Shown here: positions 62,637 to 64,000 of the stretch, in pieces
Numbering within the stretch: position 1 is the stretch's first letter
Layout of the letters: each line of letters begins with the position of its first letter
Assembly (NCBI GenBank): GCA_039815375.1
Contig: JBCBZJ010000005.1
Location: 32,001-96,000, forward strand
Origin: Verrucomicrobiota bacterium
Lineage (GTDB): Bacteria; Verrucomicrobiota; Verrucomicrobiia; Opitutales; Coraliomargaritaceae
Direction: 5' to 3'
DNA: 64,000 bases
Program-made: the position numbers and the translations under genes
The notes under the pieces: model-generated
Seen by the model: the letters and a program-made list of their open reading frames with translations, nothing else
Told to the model about the DNA's origin: nothing
The model's database searches: none

Positions 62637-63710
62637 TTATGGAAGTTTTGCTAATATCGCCTCAGCCACTTTAAAAAATTCTTTTGCAGCATTGGACTCT
62701 GGGTCACTGATCACAATGGGTATGCCGTTGTCACCGCCTTGGCGGATGTGCGTGTCGAGTGGGATCTGACCTAAAAGACTGGCTTCCAAGCTCTTCGCGG
62801 TCTCCGTGCCGCCGCCTTCGCCAAAAATTGCCTGCTTCAAGCCATCTGGTCCTTCCAAATAGCTCATGTTTTCGACGACACCCAGGATCGGGACGCTGAC
62901 CTTGTCGAACATACGTGCTCCGCGGCGAGCTACATTGAACGCAGCAGGCTGAGGGGTGGTGACAATGACAGCGCCCTCCAGTGGTATCGTCTGCACGAGA
63001 GAAAGTTGAGCATCGCCCGTGCCGGGCGGAAGGTCGACAACAAGAATCTCCAGTTCGCCCCAGTCCACATTTTGCGCGAATTGCTGGATAGTCTTCATAA
63101 TCATCGGACCGCGCCAAACAACGGGGGTGTCTTCGTCGATCAAAAAGCCCATCGACATACTGCGAACACCGAAATTTTCGATCGGCATGATCATCTCTTT
63201 AGCAATCTCGGGCCGTCCGGCCGCACCGAGCATTAAGGGAATGGAAGGCCCGTAAATATCGCAGTCCATAATACCGACTCCCGGCTTTCCGGCTTCTTCA
63301 AGCTTCCGCTGAAGTGCGCATGCTAGATTGACAGTGACAGTGGACTTGCCGACACCACCTTTACCACTGGCTACCGCGATGGCGTATTTCACCTTTTGCA
63401 TCGAGGTTGCTCCGGTCGGCTGTGAGTTTGCCGAACCGGAGGCTGCGGGTGAGGGCTGCTGCTGTGGCTTGGAAATTTCCATTCGCACCTTGACCTCGTG
63501 AACACCCTCCAATGCACCGGCTGTCGCTTTTATGTCGGCGGCGATTTTCTCTGGCACTCTATCATCACCGGTCGTTATCTCAATTCCGATCAATGCGTTG
63601 CCGTCAGCGTCGATTTCGATATCACGGACCAACCCGAAAGAGACGATGTCTCGACTGAATCCGGGATATTTTACTTGCTTAAGGGCGTCTTTGATCTGGT
63701 TGCTGTCCAC
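62637..63710 (-). CDS. mrp: Mrp/ApbC (NBP35) Fe-S cluster carrier ATPase
   Basis: VKYPGFSRDIVSFG, ASGKGGVGKST, DIYGPSIP, VVWRGPM, DLPPGTGD, VENMS. Confidence 0.95.
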   Translation of the reverse strand: MDSNQIKDALKQVKYPGFSRDIVSFGLVRDIEIDADGNALIGIEITTGDDRVPEKIAADIKATAGALEGVHEVKVRMEISKPQQQPSPAASGSANSQPTGATSMQKVKYAIAVASGKGGVGKSTVTVNLACALQRKLEEAGKPGVGIMDCDIYGPSIPLMLGAAGRPEIAKEMIMPIENFGVRSMSMGFLIDEDTPVVWRGPMIMKTIQQFAQNVDWGELEILVVDLPPGTGDAQLSLVQTIPLEGAVIVTTPQPAAFNVARRGARMFDKVSVPILGVVENMSYLEGPDGLKQAIFGEGGGTETAKSLEASLLGQIPLDTHIRQGGDNGIPIVISDPESNAAKEFFKVAEAILAKLP

Positions 63711-63873
63711 GTTCTACAAATGGTTTAAAGCTCACTACACTGAAAGGCTTGTGGTCCGACACAAGCTGTATCGAATGTTTTTCAACAAATGCTGAATTAG
63801 TCGGTCCGAATTAGTCGGTTCTCTTGCGATTTGCATTTGCGATTTGATCCACCATTCGGCTATCTCCCAAATC

Positions 63874-64000
63874 ATGCGTTTTCTTTCGTTTTCTGTTCTT
63901 TCGGTTCTCTCCTTTTTTATACTCTCAACAGGCGCTCAGGCTCAGATTTCGATCGGCGAGGCGATTCGGAAAGGGGATAAATTGGCAATTACGATCCAGG
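63874..64000 (+). CDS. Secreted protein N-terminus (runs off window end)
   Basis: MRFLSFSVLSVLSFFILSTGAQAQ signal peptide; frame stays open to the window end. Confidence 0.6.
   Translation, partial: MRFLSFSVLSVLSFFILSTGAQAQISIGEAIRKGDKLAITIQ

Overview
Bacterial chromosomal window, most consistent with a Verrucomicrobiota (Opitutales-like) genome; this is inferred from the PEP-CTERM protein, the sulfatase, a DUF4032-like ORF and overall gene content. It is mostly core or metabolic: gyrB-gyrA, a caa3-type cytochrome c oxidase cluster with ctaA/ctaB/ctaG, ribBX, argH, a complete B12-dependent methylmalonyl-CoA mutase / Na+-pumping decarboxylase / CoA-transferase cluster, ruvA-dapB-dapA, an RND pump, tRNA-Phe, initiator-type tRNA-Met, fpg, menB, metG and mrp. 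Standout oddities: (1) a GxxExxY nuclease-family ORF inside the gyrB-gyrA operon, bracketed start-to-stop by a 26-bp inverted repeat and followed by three further copies of the repeat; (2) an antisense trypsin-like protease gene splitting coxIII from coxIV and flanked by a 10-bp direct repeat; (3) an operon of a probable pseudokinase, a ParA ATPase, a protein with RpoA-CTD-like segments and two unknowns, behind an AT-rich repeat-bearing leader; (4) remnants of a four-helix-bundle gene and of an antitoxin gene. All family assignments are from motif recognition by eye; no database search was run.
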